47,940 nt of DNA from an uncultured delta proteobacterium (GCA_963848135.1 CAWKCK010000003.1:1116001-1163940); one strand, 5' to 3'; counted from the stretch's first letter, positions 28,150 to 38,742 are shown. The notes: generated by a model not told the origin, from the sequence alone. Translations and numbers: made by a program.

Positions 28150-30767
28150 ATGATGCTCCCTAACGATTCAAAACCGGTCAATCAACTGGCCGACAACGCC
28201 ACCGCCGGAGCCAACGGTCTCCTGAAGGGATACGCTGCCGCTGCCGATGCGAATGACGAGATGTGGGATGTTACCGCCGATGGTGTGCGCGACAGTTGGC
28301 AGCCCTATATCAAGACTATCGGTGCGTTGGGTCTCGACACCCTTAGAACGCAGGCATCGAGAAATCACGGCGGTTGCTGCGCGAAAACGGTGTGACCTAC
28401 AACGTGCACGGTGATCCGGACGGGTTGCACCGGCCCTGGGAACTGGATCCGATACCGGTGATCATTGCCAGCGATGAATGGGACTGCCTGGTGGCCGGTC
28501 TGGGCCAGCGCGCTTTGCTCATGGATCTCATATATACGGATCTCTATAACCAACGCACGCTCTTCAAAGACGGTGTTTTGCCCCCCGAGCTCGTTTACGC
28601 CCATCCCGGTTTCCTGCGGGTCTGTGACGGCATTCGTCATCCCGGGCAACGGCAGATTACGGTGTATGCCGTCGACCTTGCCCGGGGGCCGGATCGCCAG
28701 TTTCAGGTCGTCGGCGACCGGGTAGCGATCCCGTCGGGTGCCGGCTATGCATTGGAAAATCGAACGGCCATGGCGCGGGTCTTCCCGGATTTGATCCGGG
28801 ACTGCCGGGTGCGCCGGCTGGCCCAGTTTTTTCGCACCTTGCGGGCGGCGCTGAGCGAGATAGCGCCCCAGCGAAAATCGAACCCTGCCATTGGCGTGCT
28901 GACCCCCGGGCCGACCAACGAAACCTATTTCGAGCATGCCTATCTGGCGGCCTACCTCGGGTTTGTACTCGTGCAGGGTGACGATTTGATGGTGCGTAAC
29001 GGCTCTGTCTGGCTTAAGGCTCTGGATGGGCTCAAACCTGCTGGATGTCTTGTTGCGCCGGGTAGAAGATATCTCTCTGTGATTCTCTGGAACTGCGGTC
29101 GGATTCGCGCCATGGGGTGACCGGGCTGTTGGAGGCCATGCGTCGGCAAAAAGGTGACAGTTGTCAACCCGTTGGGCAGCGCCCTGCTCGAGAACCCCGG
29201 TCTGACGCCTTTTCTTCCGGCTGTTGCGCGACATTTTCTGGGAGAAGACTTACAACTGACGGCACCGGCGGCGTGGTGGTGCGGCACACCAGACGGCCTG
29301 GCATACGTGCTGGACCATCTTTCCGAACTGGTAGTTCGCTCTATCGACGGCCGGGTCCAGGCCTCTCCCGGCGATGACAGCGGATCCGCTGGCGATTCGA
29401 CAGCCGAATGGCGGATGCGAATCCAAGCCACACCCCAATTTTACACGGGTCAGATAAAGGCCCGTTTTTCCACGGCACCGGCCTTGGCGGACGGCCGGTT
29501 GCAACCCCGCCGCGAGTTTTTCCGTACCTATCTGTCGCCGCCAACGGCAGTTACACGGCGATGCCTGGCGGGCTGGCGCTCAATGCCCCGCAAAGTGGTC
29601 ACCTGCAGGGCGCTGCGACACATCAGGGTACGGCCAGCAAGGACATCTGGGTGCTGGCCTATGAGCCGCAGGAGCACGTCAGCCTGTGGTTGCAGGCCGA
29701 GCATAAGGATGAGATTCTGGAAAGCAGCAGCGTGTTGCCGAGCCGGGCGGCCGAAAATCTTTTCTGGGTGGGGCGGTATGCGGAGCGGTCAGAGGGCATT
29801 ATCCGATTGTTGCGGACAGTTTTGCGCAGTACCAGTCGCGTCGATCACCTGCGGGAGTCTGCCGATATGGAGTGCTTGCAGCAGCTGCTGCAGGCACTGA
29901 CCGGATTGACCGAAATATTTCCCCGCGCCGTGACGGATCCGGGTCCCCGACTACCGCTGGATCCGGAACAGGAATTGCAGACTCTTATCGGTGATTTCAA
30001 TAATCCCGGCAGCCTGGCGACCACTTTGCAACACATGATACGGGCCGCTTACGCTGTTCGGCACCTCTGGTCGACCGACTCCTGGCGCGTTATCAATCGA
30101 ATCGAGAAGCAGTGGAAGCAGATCGTGCACGTCGCCCCGGCACAACTTCCTGCCGTCAGCGATCTGGACCAGCTGATCATGGCGATGATGGCTTTTGCCG
30201 GCTTGAATAGCGAGAGCATGACCCGTGAACAGGGCTGGCTGCTGCTGGACATCGGCCGCCGGATTGAACGCAGCCTGGTCTTTTGCACCCTGTTACGCAA
30301 AACGCTTGTCGGGCGCCGGCAACCGGTTATCGAGCACTTACTGCTCGAGGCCGTGCTGGCGACGACCGAAAACATTATCACTTACCGCCGCCGCTTTCGC
30401 TCCCACCTGCACCTTCAGACTGTCCTGGAGCAGATCCTGCTGGACGACGCCAATCCGCGGTCGGTGATTTACCAGGTCAATCGGCTGCAAAAACATATTG
30501 CCAACCTGCCGCGACAAAGGCATTCACACGCTCTGAGCGCTGAAGAACGGATGGTACTTGGAAGTGTCCACCGCCCTCAAACTCTGTGACATGAACCGCC
30601 TGACGGAGACATCGCCGGAAACGGCGGCATACCGGAACCTGAACCGGTTTTTACTGCAATTGGTCGAATTATTGGCGCGGACTTCGGATACCCTGTCACT
30701 GGTTTACTTCAGTCATGTCCCCGTGTCACGCCAGTTGCCTGCCAGAGGGCCGGAGGCGGTAAAATGA
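28150..30767 (+). pseudogene. circularly permuted type-2 ATP-grasp / alpha-E fusion, multiple frameshifts (may be sequencing errors)
   Basis: Consecutive fragments in different frames: LRENGVTYNV..RPWELDPIP, PSGAGYALENR, LTPGPTNETYFEHAYLA, VVNPLGSALLE, MPGGL..SKDIWV, LPSRAAENLFWVGRYAERSE, GRRIER, NPRSV. Confidence 0.85.
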
Positions 30768-31646
30768 ACTATCGGATTGTTCATCTGACCCGCTACCTGT
30801 ACCATGAACCGGTCAGCCGGTGTTACAACGTGGCCCGGTTGCTGCCGCGGAAATTTGCCCTATCAGGCCGTGGAAACCAGCGAACTGACCATCATCCCCG
30901 GTGAAACCGATAACCGGGAGCAGAACGATTACTTCGGCAATCGTGTCAACTACTTTTCGATCCAGCATCTGCATGACTCACTGACTGTCACGGCCACAAG
31001 CTGCGTGCGCCTTCAGCCCGATAAACGGGCCGGTGATCGAAACGGCGATCTGCCGTGGCGCCTTGTGCGCGACCGGATGCTGACCGATCGTGATCCGGAC
31101 ACTCTCGATGCGCGCCAGTTTTTAGTGGAATCTCCCCTGGTGCAATCGATTGCCGAGGTTTCCAACTATGCCGCCCAATCTTTTCCTGATAGCAGCGGAC
31201 TCCTCGAAGGCGTTTCTGATTTGATGCATCGTATCCATAACGACTTCGAGTATGTTCCCGGATTCACCACCGTCACCACACCGTTGGGCGAACTCTTCCG
31301 GTACCGACGGGGAGTGTGTCAGGATTTCGCCCACTTTGCTATCGGATGCCTGCGGGATATGGGTTTAGCCGCCCGCTATGTCAGCGGATACATTGAAACC
31401 CTGCCGGCCGAGAGGTGTTCACGCCTGCGGGGGGCCGATGCCTCGCACGCGTGGTTTGCGGTGTTCCTTCCCGGAGCGGGATGGGTTGATTTCGACCCCA
31501 CCAACGACAGCATGCCGTTCGATCAGCACATTACCGTCGCCTGGGGGCGGGATTATTCCGATGTGACACCGCTCAAGGGCATCATTTTCAGCAGCGGTAG
31601 TCATGAACTCAATGTCGCCGTGGATGTCGAACGGTTGCCAGAGTAA
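30764..31646 (+). pseudogene. transglutaminase-family protein, one frameshift near 30850
   Basis: MNYRIVHLTRYLY... from ATG 30764 (ATGA overlap with the upstream stop) shifts into the frame carrying GVCQDFAH, ARYVSGY, ASHAW, FDPTN. Confidence 0.88.
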
Positions 31647-31697
31647 ATCTCGGCGACCAGGGCAGGGCCTGGCTCCGGACCCGGTCGCCGCCCTGAG

Positions 31698-32216
31698 CAC
31701 GGAGGGAATGATCAACTTCTTCATCATAGTCATAAGCAACCTACAATAGGAGCATTTTTTAGTGCAAAATAAATGGTTGCCTCCACCCGAACAATCGGTT
31801 TCGAGTCGCGGCTGAAACTCACCGCCAACGGGTCCTAAATCCGGACCAGGCCCGTCTTTAAACTATGGGATCGGAGTGTTCCCCCAGTTTCGCCACTCAT
31901 TCGATGTGGGTGCATAGGTCCGGCTCAAGGTCCCGTAAGCGGTTCAGACAGTCAGCCGCCGTTCTCAACCAATCATTCGGCCTCCGGCGCGTCATTTTCA
32001 TACATAGTGGTGACACGAGAGGCCATGAGGATTTAATAACAATTTAAAAGCGATATACGATATTCACTATTTTTCATCTCAAGTCCACGTCGAGGGTTAC
32101 CGTCGTTCTTTTACAAGTTTTCCTAGTGCCTTCGAGCTGTGCACGCTGGCGCTACTGAACATCCCCTCCGCTGTGGTTAAGTGTTCACAGGTAAAATTCC
32201 CCGAAAACTCAGATAG
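31698..32216 (+). repeat. degenerate family B copy split by a ~285-bp insert
   Basis: Left arm CGGAGGGAATGATCA...AAGCAACCTA (to 31743); the remainder resumes at GATTTAATAA (32030) and runs to GTGCACGCT..CCCTCCGCT..AAAATTCCCCGA. Confidence 0.65.
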
Positions 32217-32225
32217 GTATATCAA

Positions 32226-32367
32226 GAGTCCAATTCATAGTTGAGAATCTTTTTCGCTGGGCAAGGCCGCACAAGGGTCTACGGTGAGGCGTACGCTGTG
32301 TACGTCGCAGCCGAAAGCACGCGGAGAACGCCGCTCAGAGGAAAAGAGGCCATTTATGGATGGACAC
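32226..32367 (+). mobile_element. MITE family A, copy 2
   Basis: GAGTCCAATTCATAG ... CATTTATGGATGGACAC, 142 bp. Confidence 0.9.
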
Positions 32368-32376
32368 TACGGTAAT

Positions 32377-33316
32377 TCAGAAGAATATGTTTGCCAGCGA
32401 GTTTCCAACGTCATTGAGTTTGGTCTGAAAGCGATCCAGATATTCATGCAGGCCCGTCTGGAAGACCTCCTTGATGTCGGCGTAGTCGAGATCGGCCCGC
32501 AGACGTCCCAATCGGCGTTCGGCGGTGTTTGATAACCGTACCGGCCAAATTGCCGGTGATGGCGTAGAGGGACGTTTCGGCACACGCCAGGCAGTATCGA
32601 ATGGCACGGGGGAATTGGCTGTCAAATATTAAAAATTGGCAGACATTGTTCGGATTGATGCGATGGTATTGCTTGCGGTACATTTCCAGTCCGCTCACGG
32701 ACTTGAGCACCGCGGCCCATTGGATGTTGTCATAAGGGGTGTTGACGTACTCGACCTTCGGCAGCAGAATGAAGTACTTCACATCCAGGACGCGAGACGT
32801 TTTGTCTGCCCGTTCCAGCAAGTGTCCCATGCGGGCGAAATGCCACGATTCACCGTGGGACATGGTCACCTCCATCAGCCCGGTGACGAGATGGCTGTTG
32901 AGCTTTACATCCTCGAAAAACTGGTGCGAGTGATTGAAGGCCTGGTTGTCTGCTGAGACGCATCGACGACCATCAGATAAAAGCGGTTGATCTGTTCCCA
33001 CATTTCCGATGAAATGATTTCCCGCACCTGCCGCGCGTTTTCCCGTGCCGCCCGCAGGCTGGCAAGAATGGAATTGGGATATTCGAGGTCGAAGGTCAGG
33101 AACCGGATGACGTTCTCGGAGGTAGCGTCGCCGTAACGATTTCTGAAATATCTCGTGATCGCCGGTCACGGTTATCAAGGGCTCCCACTGGCCTTTGGGA
33201 TCCACCGGCAGATCGAGCATCAGGTGGAGATTGACGTCGATGAAGCGGGCAACATTTTCCGCCCGCTCTATGTACCGGCACATCCAGTAGATGGCTTCCG
33301 CAACCCGGCTGAGCAT
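32377..33316 (-). pseudogene. alpha-E domain protein (DUF403), frameshifted
   Basis: MLSRVAEAIYWMCRYIERAENVAR, LERADKTSRVLDVKY, FPRAI, GLHEYLD; frame changes near 33130, 32960 and 32535. Confidence 0.88.
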
Positions 33317-33336
33317 ATTGATTTTATCTCCTGTGT

Positions 33337-34805
33337 TTACTGCTGTTCCTGCCTGTTGGCTCCGGATGCGTTTTCCAGAACCCAAGTGTCCTTACTGCCA
33401 CCGCCCTGGGAAGAATTGACCACCAGGGATCCCTTGCGCAGGGCCACTCGTGTGAGCCCACCGGGGAGCACGTAGATGTCCTCACCATAGAGGATGTAGG
33501 GCCTCAGATCCACATGGCGGCCTTCAAAATGGTCGTCGATAATCGTCGGGACGCGGGAGAGACTGATGGTCGGTTGGGCCATGTAGTCCCGGGGGTTGGC
33601 CTTGATCCGTTCGTGCAAAAGTACTTCCGCTCTGCCGCGCTGGCATGCGGGCCCACCAGCATACCGTAACCGCCGGATTCATTAGCCGCTTTAACCACCA
33701 GTTTGTCCAGGTTGTCCAACACGTAGGCGAGTTGCTTTTTATCCCAGCAGATGTGGGTCGGGACGTTGGGCAGAATCGGATCTTCACCGGTGTAGTAACG
33801 GATGATTTGGGGGATATAAGCGTAAATCACCTTGTCATCGGCGATACCCGTTCCCGGGGCGTTGGCCAAGGCAATCCCGCCGGATTTGTACGCTTCCATG
33901 ATACCCGGAACGCCGAGCATGGAATCGGGACGGAAGACCTGCGGGTCGATGAAGTCGTCGTCGATCCGCCGGTAGATGACATCCACCCGTTGGGGGCCTT
34001 TTGTGGTGCGCTTGTAAACGGCGCCGTCCGGAACGAAGAGATCGCGTCCTTCGACCAGCTCGATCCCCATCTGTCGGGCCAGAAACGAGTGTTCGAAATA
34101 GGCTGAGTTGTATGATTCCGGGAGTCAGTACCGCTGCGCAGGGTTTCTCCCGGCTCGTTGGGGGCAATGTGATCGAGCATCTCAAGAAGGCGGTTGGGAT
34201 ACTCTTCAACCGGCCGGATATGGCTGTCGCTGAAAACCCTGGGGAAAGGTCCGTTTGAGAACCTGGCGGTTTTCCAGCACATAAGAGACCCCGGACGGGC
34301 AGCGCAGATTGTCCTCGAGCACGTAAAATTGACCATCGGCATCCCTTACGAGATCGGTGCCCGTGACATGGCACCAGATACCCTTGGGCGGGTTGAGACC
34401 GTCGCATTGAGCGCGATAGGATTTGCCGGAGAAAATCAAGTCATCCGGTATGATCTTGTCTTTGAGAATCCGGCGTTTGTGATAAATGTCATCGATGAAC
34501 AGGTTGATGGCGATAGATCCGCTGCTTGAGCCCGGCTTCGATGGTTTCCCACTCGGCGGCCGGAATAATGCGGGGGATAATATCGATAGGGAAAATGCGT
34601 TCGGTGCCATCTTCATCACCGTAAACGTTAAAAGTTATTCCCATTTGCAGCAGCGTCGTTTCCGCCGCTTTCTGCAGCGATAGCAACTCGCCGGGGGCCA
34701 GCGATTCGATCCGGCGGGCAAGACATCGGCGCCGGGTCGGGGCTGGCCGTTATCGGTAAAAAGCTCATCGTAGAATGTTTCGGGATTGTATGAAGAAAAG
34801 TCCAT
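33337..34805 (-). pseudogene. circularly permuted type-2 ATP-grasp protein, multiple frameshifts
   Basis: MDFSSYNPETFYDELF start; [77 protein letters not shown] spread across several frames. Confidence 0.9.
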
Positions 34806-34889
34806 CACGCGCCTTCCTGTCGATCAGTTTTGCCGATTGCCTTATTCCCCAAGTGGTGGCCAGCAACGAAGAGTGGATTGCACCTTGGC

Positions 34890-35031
34890 GTGTCCAATTC
34901 ATAAATGAGAATTTTTCATGCTGGGCAAGACCGCACAAGGGTTTGTGGTGAGGCGTACTGATCGTACGCCGCAGCCGGAAACCTGCGGAGAACGCCGCCC
35001 AGCGAAAAAAAGGCCATTTATGGATGGACAC
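34890..35031 (+). mobile_element. MITE family A, copy 3
   Basis: GTGTCCAATTCATAAATG ... CATTTATGGATGGACAC, 142 bp. Confidence 0.9.
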
Positions 35032-35043
35032 CAAGTTAGATAT

Positions 35044-35059
35044 AGCAAAAATCGGACCA
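35044..35059 (-). promoter_or_regulatory. putative sigma54 promoter for the ATP-grasp/alpha-E operon
   Basis: Minus strand TGGTCCGATTTTTGCT (GG-N10-GC, TTGCT -12 box). Confidence 0.6.
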
Positions 35060-35187
35060 ATGGCAAGGGCTAAACCGGGGCACGAAAATATTCTATACAG
35101 TCGCCATGCGTGCGGGATTCCTGCTCAAAGATGAGAAACAGTGGCTCTCTTATTCGGATATAAAATTACAAATATGTTATCTGTTAA

Positions 35188-35464
35188 AGCCCTCGGGGAG
35201 TTTTCATTTACCCGGAGCGGAGGGAATCATCAGCGACTTCAGCGCGCAAACTCATGCAAAAGGCCGCCTAAGGAAAGAACAGATTTTTTTATGATAAAAC
35301 TGTTCGGCCCAGTTCACCATTTGTGGTCTGAATCTGAGAGCCGGTTTTGCCGCTGTTCTTTCCCAAGGCGGCCTAACGCATTCAGGCAGTGCCCGCTTTC
35401 GCTGCTGATCATTCCCTCCGCTCTGGCTTAGCAATTACGGGAAAACTCCCCGACCCCTGAGCTA
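35188..35464 (+). repeat. long-hairpin repeat family B, copy 3
   Basis: Collinear with copies 1 and 2, with the same nested inverted repeats. Confidence 0.9.
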
Positions 35465-35487
35465 TTTAAGCCGATATACCAAAAATG

Positions 35488-35646
35488 ACATCGGTTCGCA
35501 GGGTTGCAACGCCCAATGTGCTTCAGACCACAGAATTGTAAGCGTTTACAGTGTGCCGCAGATGCAAGGTGTTGGGCGCGCAGACGTACTATTGTACTTC
35601 AAGTGCCCGACAACAAAACAGATGCGGTGCCCTGTGAAGGTTAGAG
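35488..35646 (+). mobile_element. MITE family F, copy 2
   Basis: Collinear with 16892-17050; decayed TSD CAAAAATG / CAAAATTG. Confidence 0.85.
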
Positions 35647-35764
35647 CAAAATTGTAATATTTGGAATGACCGGATGAGTACTGTTGGCCGTGTCGTGTTT
35701 TAAGACACGATATGCAGTATGCGGACGGATGACCACTTCCGTTATTTAGGCATCGAACTTTAGG

Positions 35765-36554
35765 TCAATAGGCCTGGACCAGGCCGCCGTCGGCAAGGAC
35801 CGTCTGACCAGTGATATACGTGTTGGCTTGCGAACACAGAAAAACGGCCAGGCGCGCCATTTCCGAGGGGTTTCCATAACGCCCCAGCGGGATTTCAGCG
35901 GCGCTTTTCTTCTGCAAATCCTCAAGAGAAAGGCCCAGTTTTTCGGCCCGGATGGCCTCGAGATTCCTGAGGCGCTGGGTATCCATTTTTCCGGGACCGA
36001 CCACATTGACCAGAATGTTCTCCTTTGGCCACCTCGCGCGCCAGGGATTTGGTCAGCCCGACGACTCCCAGGCGAAAGGCGTTGGAGAGGATCAAATTGT
36101 CGATAGCCTGTTTTGTTGATGACGAGGTAAAATTGACGATTCTGCCGACCCCGGCGGTGCGCATCAGCGGTAACACGGCCCGAATGCTGCGGATAAATCC
36201 GAGCAGCGTCAGTTCGAAAGCCTGCTGCCAAATGTCGTCATCGAAGACGTCGAATCCACCGGCCGGCGGGCCACCGCTGTTGTTTACCAGGGCGTAAACA
36301 CTGCCGAAACGCTCAGCGGTGGCGGCAACCGCATTTTGAATGTCCTCCGATCTCGTGATATCACCGACCACGTATTCAGAGCGTCGACCTGTGACTTGCA
36401 TGATTTCATCGCGGGCCTGCTTGAGTCGCTCTTCCGAGCGGGCGAATATCATCACCCGGGCGCCTTCCCGGGCAAATTCCAGGGCCGCAGCTTTACCAAG
36501 GCCGTCGCTGGCGGCCATGACCAACACCGGTTTGTCCGTCAATCCGAGATCCAT
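35765..36554 (-). pseudogene. SDR-family oxidoreductase, one frameshift near 36025
   Basis: MDLGL..VLVMAASDGLGKA, LVNNSGGPPAG, LSNAFR; the C-terminus VGPGKMDT..IPLGRYGNP..YITGQ..DGG is in another frame. Confidence 0.88.
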
Positions 36555-36567
36555 TTTTTTCTCCTTT

Positions 36568-36627
36568 AATAACCGCTTTGAGCGGTTCACAAGCCATTCC
36601 TCCGGCTTAGCCGGTGGTCATTGAATT
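36568..36627 (+). mobile_element. family C right-end fragment
   Basis: AACCGCTTTGAGCGGTTCACAA..CATTCCTCCGGCTTAGCCGGTGGTCATTGAATT. Confidence 0.8.
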
Positions 36628-37509
36628 TGTTGTTCGGACCTTCAGATCCATTACGGGGTTAACCAGCGAGGGGAAGCCGCTGATTCGGCATGCGACGACA
36701 TCGCCATCTTTTATGGCAACCGCACCCGGAGTGCCGGTGGAAATGATGTCCCCCGGCAGAAGCGTCATCACCTGCGATAGAAAGGAAACAAGAAATGCCG
36801 GGGAGAAGGTCATGTTGGCGACGGTGTTCTCCGCGTGAACCTGATCGTTTATGACCGTCGCAACGGTCAAAGCGGCCACATCGTCAATTTCATCCGGGGT
36901 GACCAGCTGCGGACCGAAGCTGAAAAAACTATCGAAACTCTTTGAGACCGCAAGGTAACGCGGATTTTGTCTCAGGATGTCTTCTGCCGTCATGTCGATA
37001 ATCGTCGTAAAACCGGCCACAACCCTCTGCCACGCATCAATGGGAACATCGCGACATTTCGTGCCGATGATGACGCCGAGCTCGCCTTCCGCCGTTGTTT
37101 TCTGGGATTGCCTGGGGACCCGGATGAAATCGCCGTATCCGATGATGGTCGTATCCGGTTTCATAAAACTGCCCGGGATGCCGGTGGGTGCTTTTTCCGC
37201 GAGGTCGGCGGCGTGAGCGACGTAGTTGAGCCCGATGCCCCAGATCTTGCGGGGCCTGCGGTAAAGCGGGGCCGTCTCAACGTCCTCTTCGGGCATGGCT
37301 TCGTCTTTCATATCATCCAGAATCCGTTGCCCCCCATTGCGGTACCAGTCGCACAAATCGCCCAAGGCACTGCCCGCGATCAACGCCAAGGTGTCGATGG
37401 GCCAGGCCTTGCCTGTTTTCCGATTAAGAGTTTCTATGGAAATGGGACCGGCCGGGGTGATCAATGCTGCGATTTCATTACCATCGATTTTACAGGTGGT
37501 GATTCTCAT
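36607..37509 (-). CDS. fumarylacetoacetate hydrolase family protein
   Basis: KIWGIGLNYVAH, FMKPDTT, EGELGVIIG, DMTAED, SKSFD, TLLPGDIISTGTP. Confidence 0.93.
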   Translation of the reverse strand: MRITTCKIDGNEIAALITPAGPISIETLNRKTGKAWPIDTLALIAGSALGDLCDWYRNGGQRILDDMKDEAMPEEDVETAPLYRRPRKIWGIGLNYVAHAADLAEKAPTGIPGSFMKPDTTIIGYGDFIRVPRQSQKTTAEGELGVIIGTKCRDVPIDAWQRVVAGFTTIIDMTAEDILRQNPRYLAVSKSFDSFFSFGPQLVTPDEIDDVAALTVATVINDQVHAENTVANMTFSPAFLVSFLSQVMTLLPGDIISTGTPGAVAIKDGDVVACRISGFPSLVNPVMDLKVRTTNSMTTG

Positions 37510-37518
37510 TGTATGATG

Positions 37519-38742
37519 TCATTTCTCCAGCTTATAGACCTTGCTATCGATCTTGCCCTTATCAGGCTCGACATCCCTAACCATACCATTGCCATTGTTG
37601 ACCCGGCTGTTTGTTTCGCCGTTTAGCTGATTTATGCTTTGCAGTTTGGCTTTGAGCTTGTCGAATTCAGATTGGATTTTGGCCGATTCGACAACCAGAT
37701 CGCCATATGAATTTCGATCGGTACGGGCGGAATCTGAAGCGTTGTTTAGAAAATCATTTCGTAAAAGATCCAGCTTGATGTCCAGGCGGTCCAGTTTTTT
37801 GTTGATCAAAATGAGACCTTTTTTGATGAGATTATTGGACGCATCGGGTTTTCCCGGAAGTTGAGAGACTTGAATCGCTTCATTCTTTGGCGGCAAGTTG
37901 TCCGCGGGCCTGAGATCAACCGGTTCCCTGATTGCCGGTGAAGTAAAGTTCAAATCTTTGAGCAGATTTTGAATGACATCCTTATCGATAGTATTGAGTT
38001 CATCCGCAAAGCCGTACAGCAAGGCGGAATCGCATATGAGATTGATCGAGCGGGGAATTCCGACCGTGGAATTGTGTATCAGGGAGATGGCTTCATAAGT
38101 AAAAGGATTGATTTTTCCACCGGCCTTGCTCAATCGGTACTCGATGTATTTTTGGGTTTCCTCGAGATTGAGCCCCTTTAGATGATAATTTACGGCGATT
38201 CGTTGGCGGATTTGATTCATTCCCGGAGAATTGAGGATGGTTCTGAGTTCCGGTTGCCCGACCAGGAAAATTTGGAGGGGCATTTGGTCGTCGGCTTGAA
38301 AGTTAGACAGCATCCGCAATTCTTCGAGAGCATCTTTGGGAAGATTCTGCGCTTCATCAACGATGAGGATGGTTCGATGGTTTTCTGATTCTATGTACTT
38401 GAGGTAATTTTTGAATATGGTCAGATTCTGGGCTTTACTCGTGTCGCTGTGCTTGATCCCCAATTCGAACAAGATGTATGACAAAAGTTGATCGGCGGGA
38501 AGGTTTGTGTTCGATATGATTACAACTTCTATGTTTTGGCCGATTTGCTGGGCAACGTATTTTATTAATGTCGTTTTGCCTGACCCCACCTCGCCGGTGA
38601 GCAGAAAAATCCCGATGTTGCGTTCGATGCCGTATTCCAGGTATTTGAGTGCATTTTCATGGGTGGGGCTCAGATATAGAAAATTTGGATCGGGAATAAT
38701 CTGAAACGGCTTTTCTTTGAATCCATAAAAAGATTCGTACAT
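37519..38742 (-). CDS. ExeA-type AAA ATPase (PEP-CTERM/exosortase-associated ATPase-like)
   Basis: MYESFYGFKEKPF..PDP, LTGEVGSGKTT, LIVDEAQNL, LVGQPEL, GIPRSINLICD; coiled-coil-like tail. Confidence 0.9.
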   Translation of the reverse strand: MYESFYGFKEKPFQIIPDPNFLYLSPTHENALKYLEYGIERNIGIFLLTGEVGSGKTTLIKYVAQQIGQNIEVVIISNTNLPADQLLSYILFELGIKHSDTSKAQNLTIFKNYLKYIESENHRTILIVDEAQNLPKDALEELRMLSNFQADDQMPLQIFLVGQPELRTILNSPGMNQIRQRIAVNYHLKGLNLEETQKYIEYRLSKAGGKINPFTYEAISLIHNSTVGIPRSINLICDSALLYGFADELNTIDKDVIQNLLKDLNFTSPAIREPVDLRPADNLPPKNEAIQVSQLPGKPDASNNLIKKGLILINKKLDRLDIKLDLLRNDFLNNASDSARTDRNSYGDLVVESAKIQSEFDKLKAKLQSINQLNGETNSRVNNGNGMVRDVEPDKGKIDSKVYKLEK

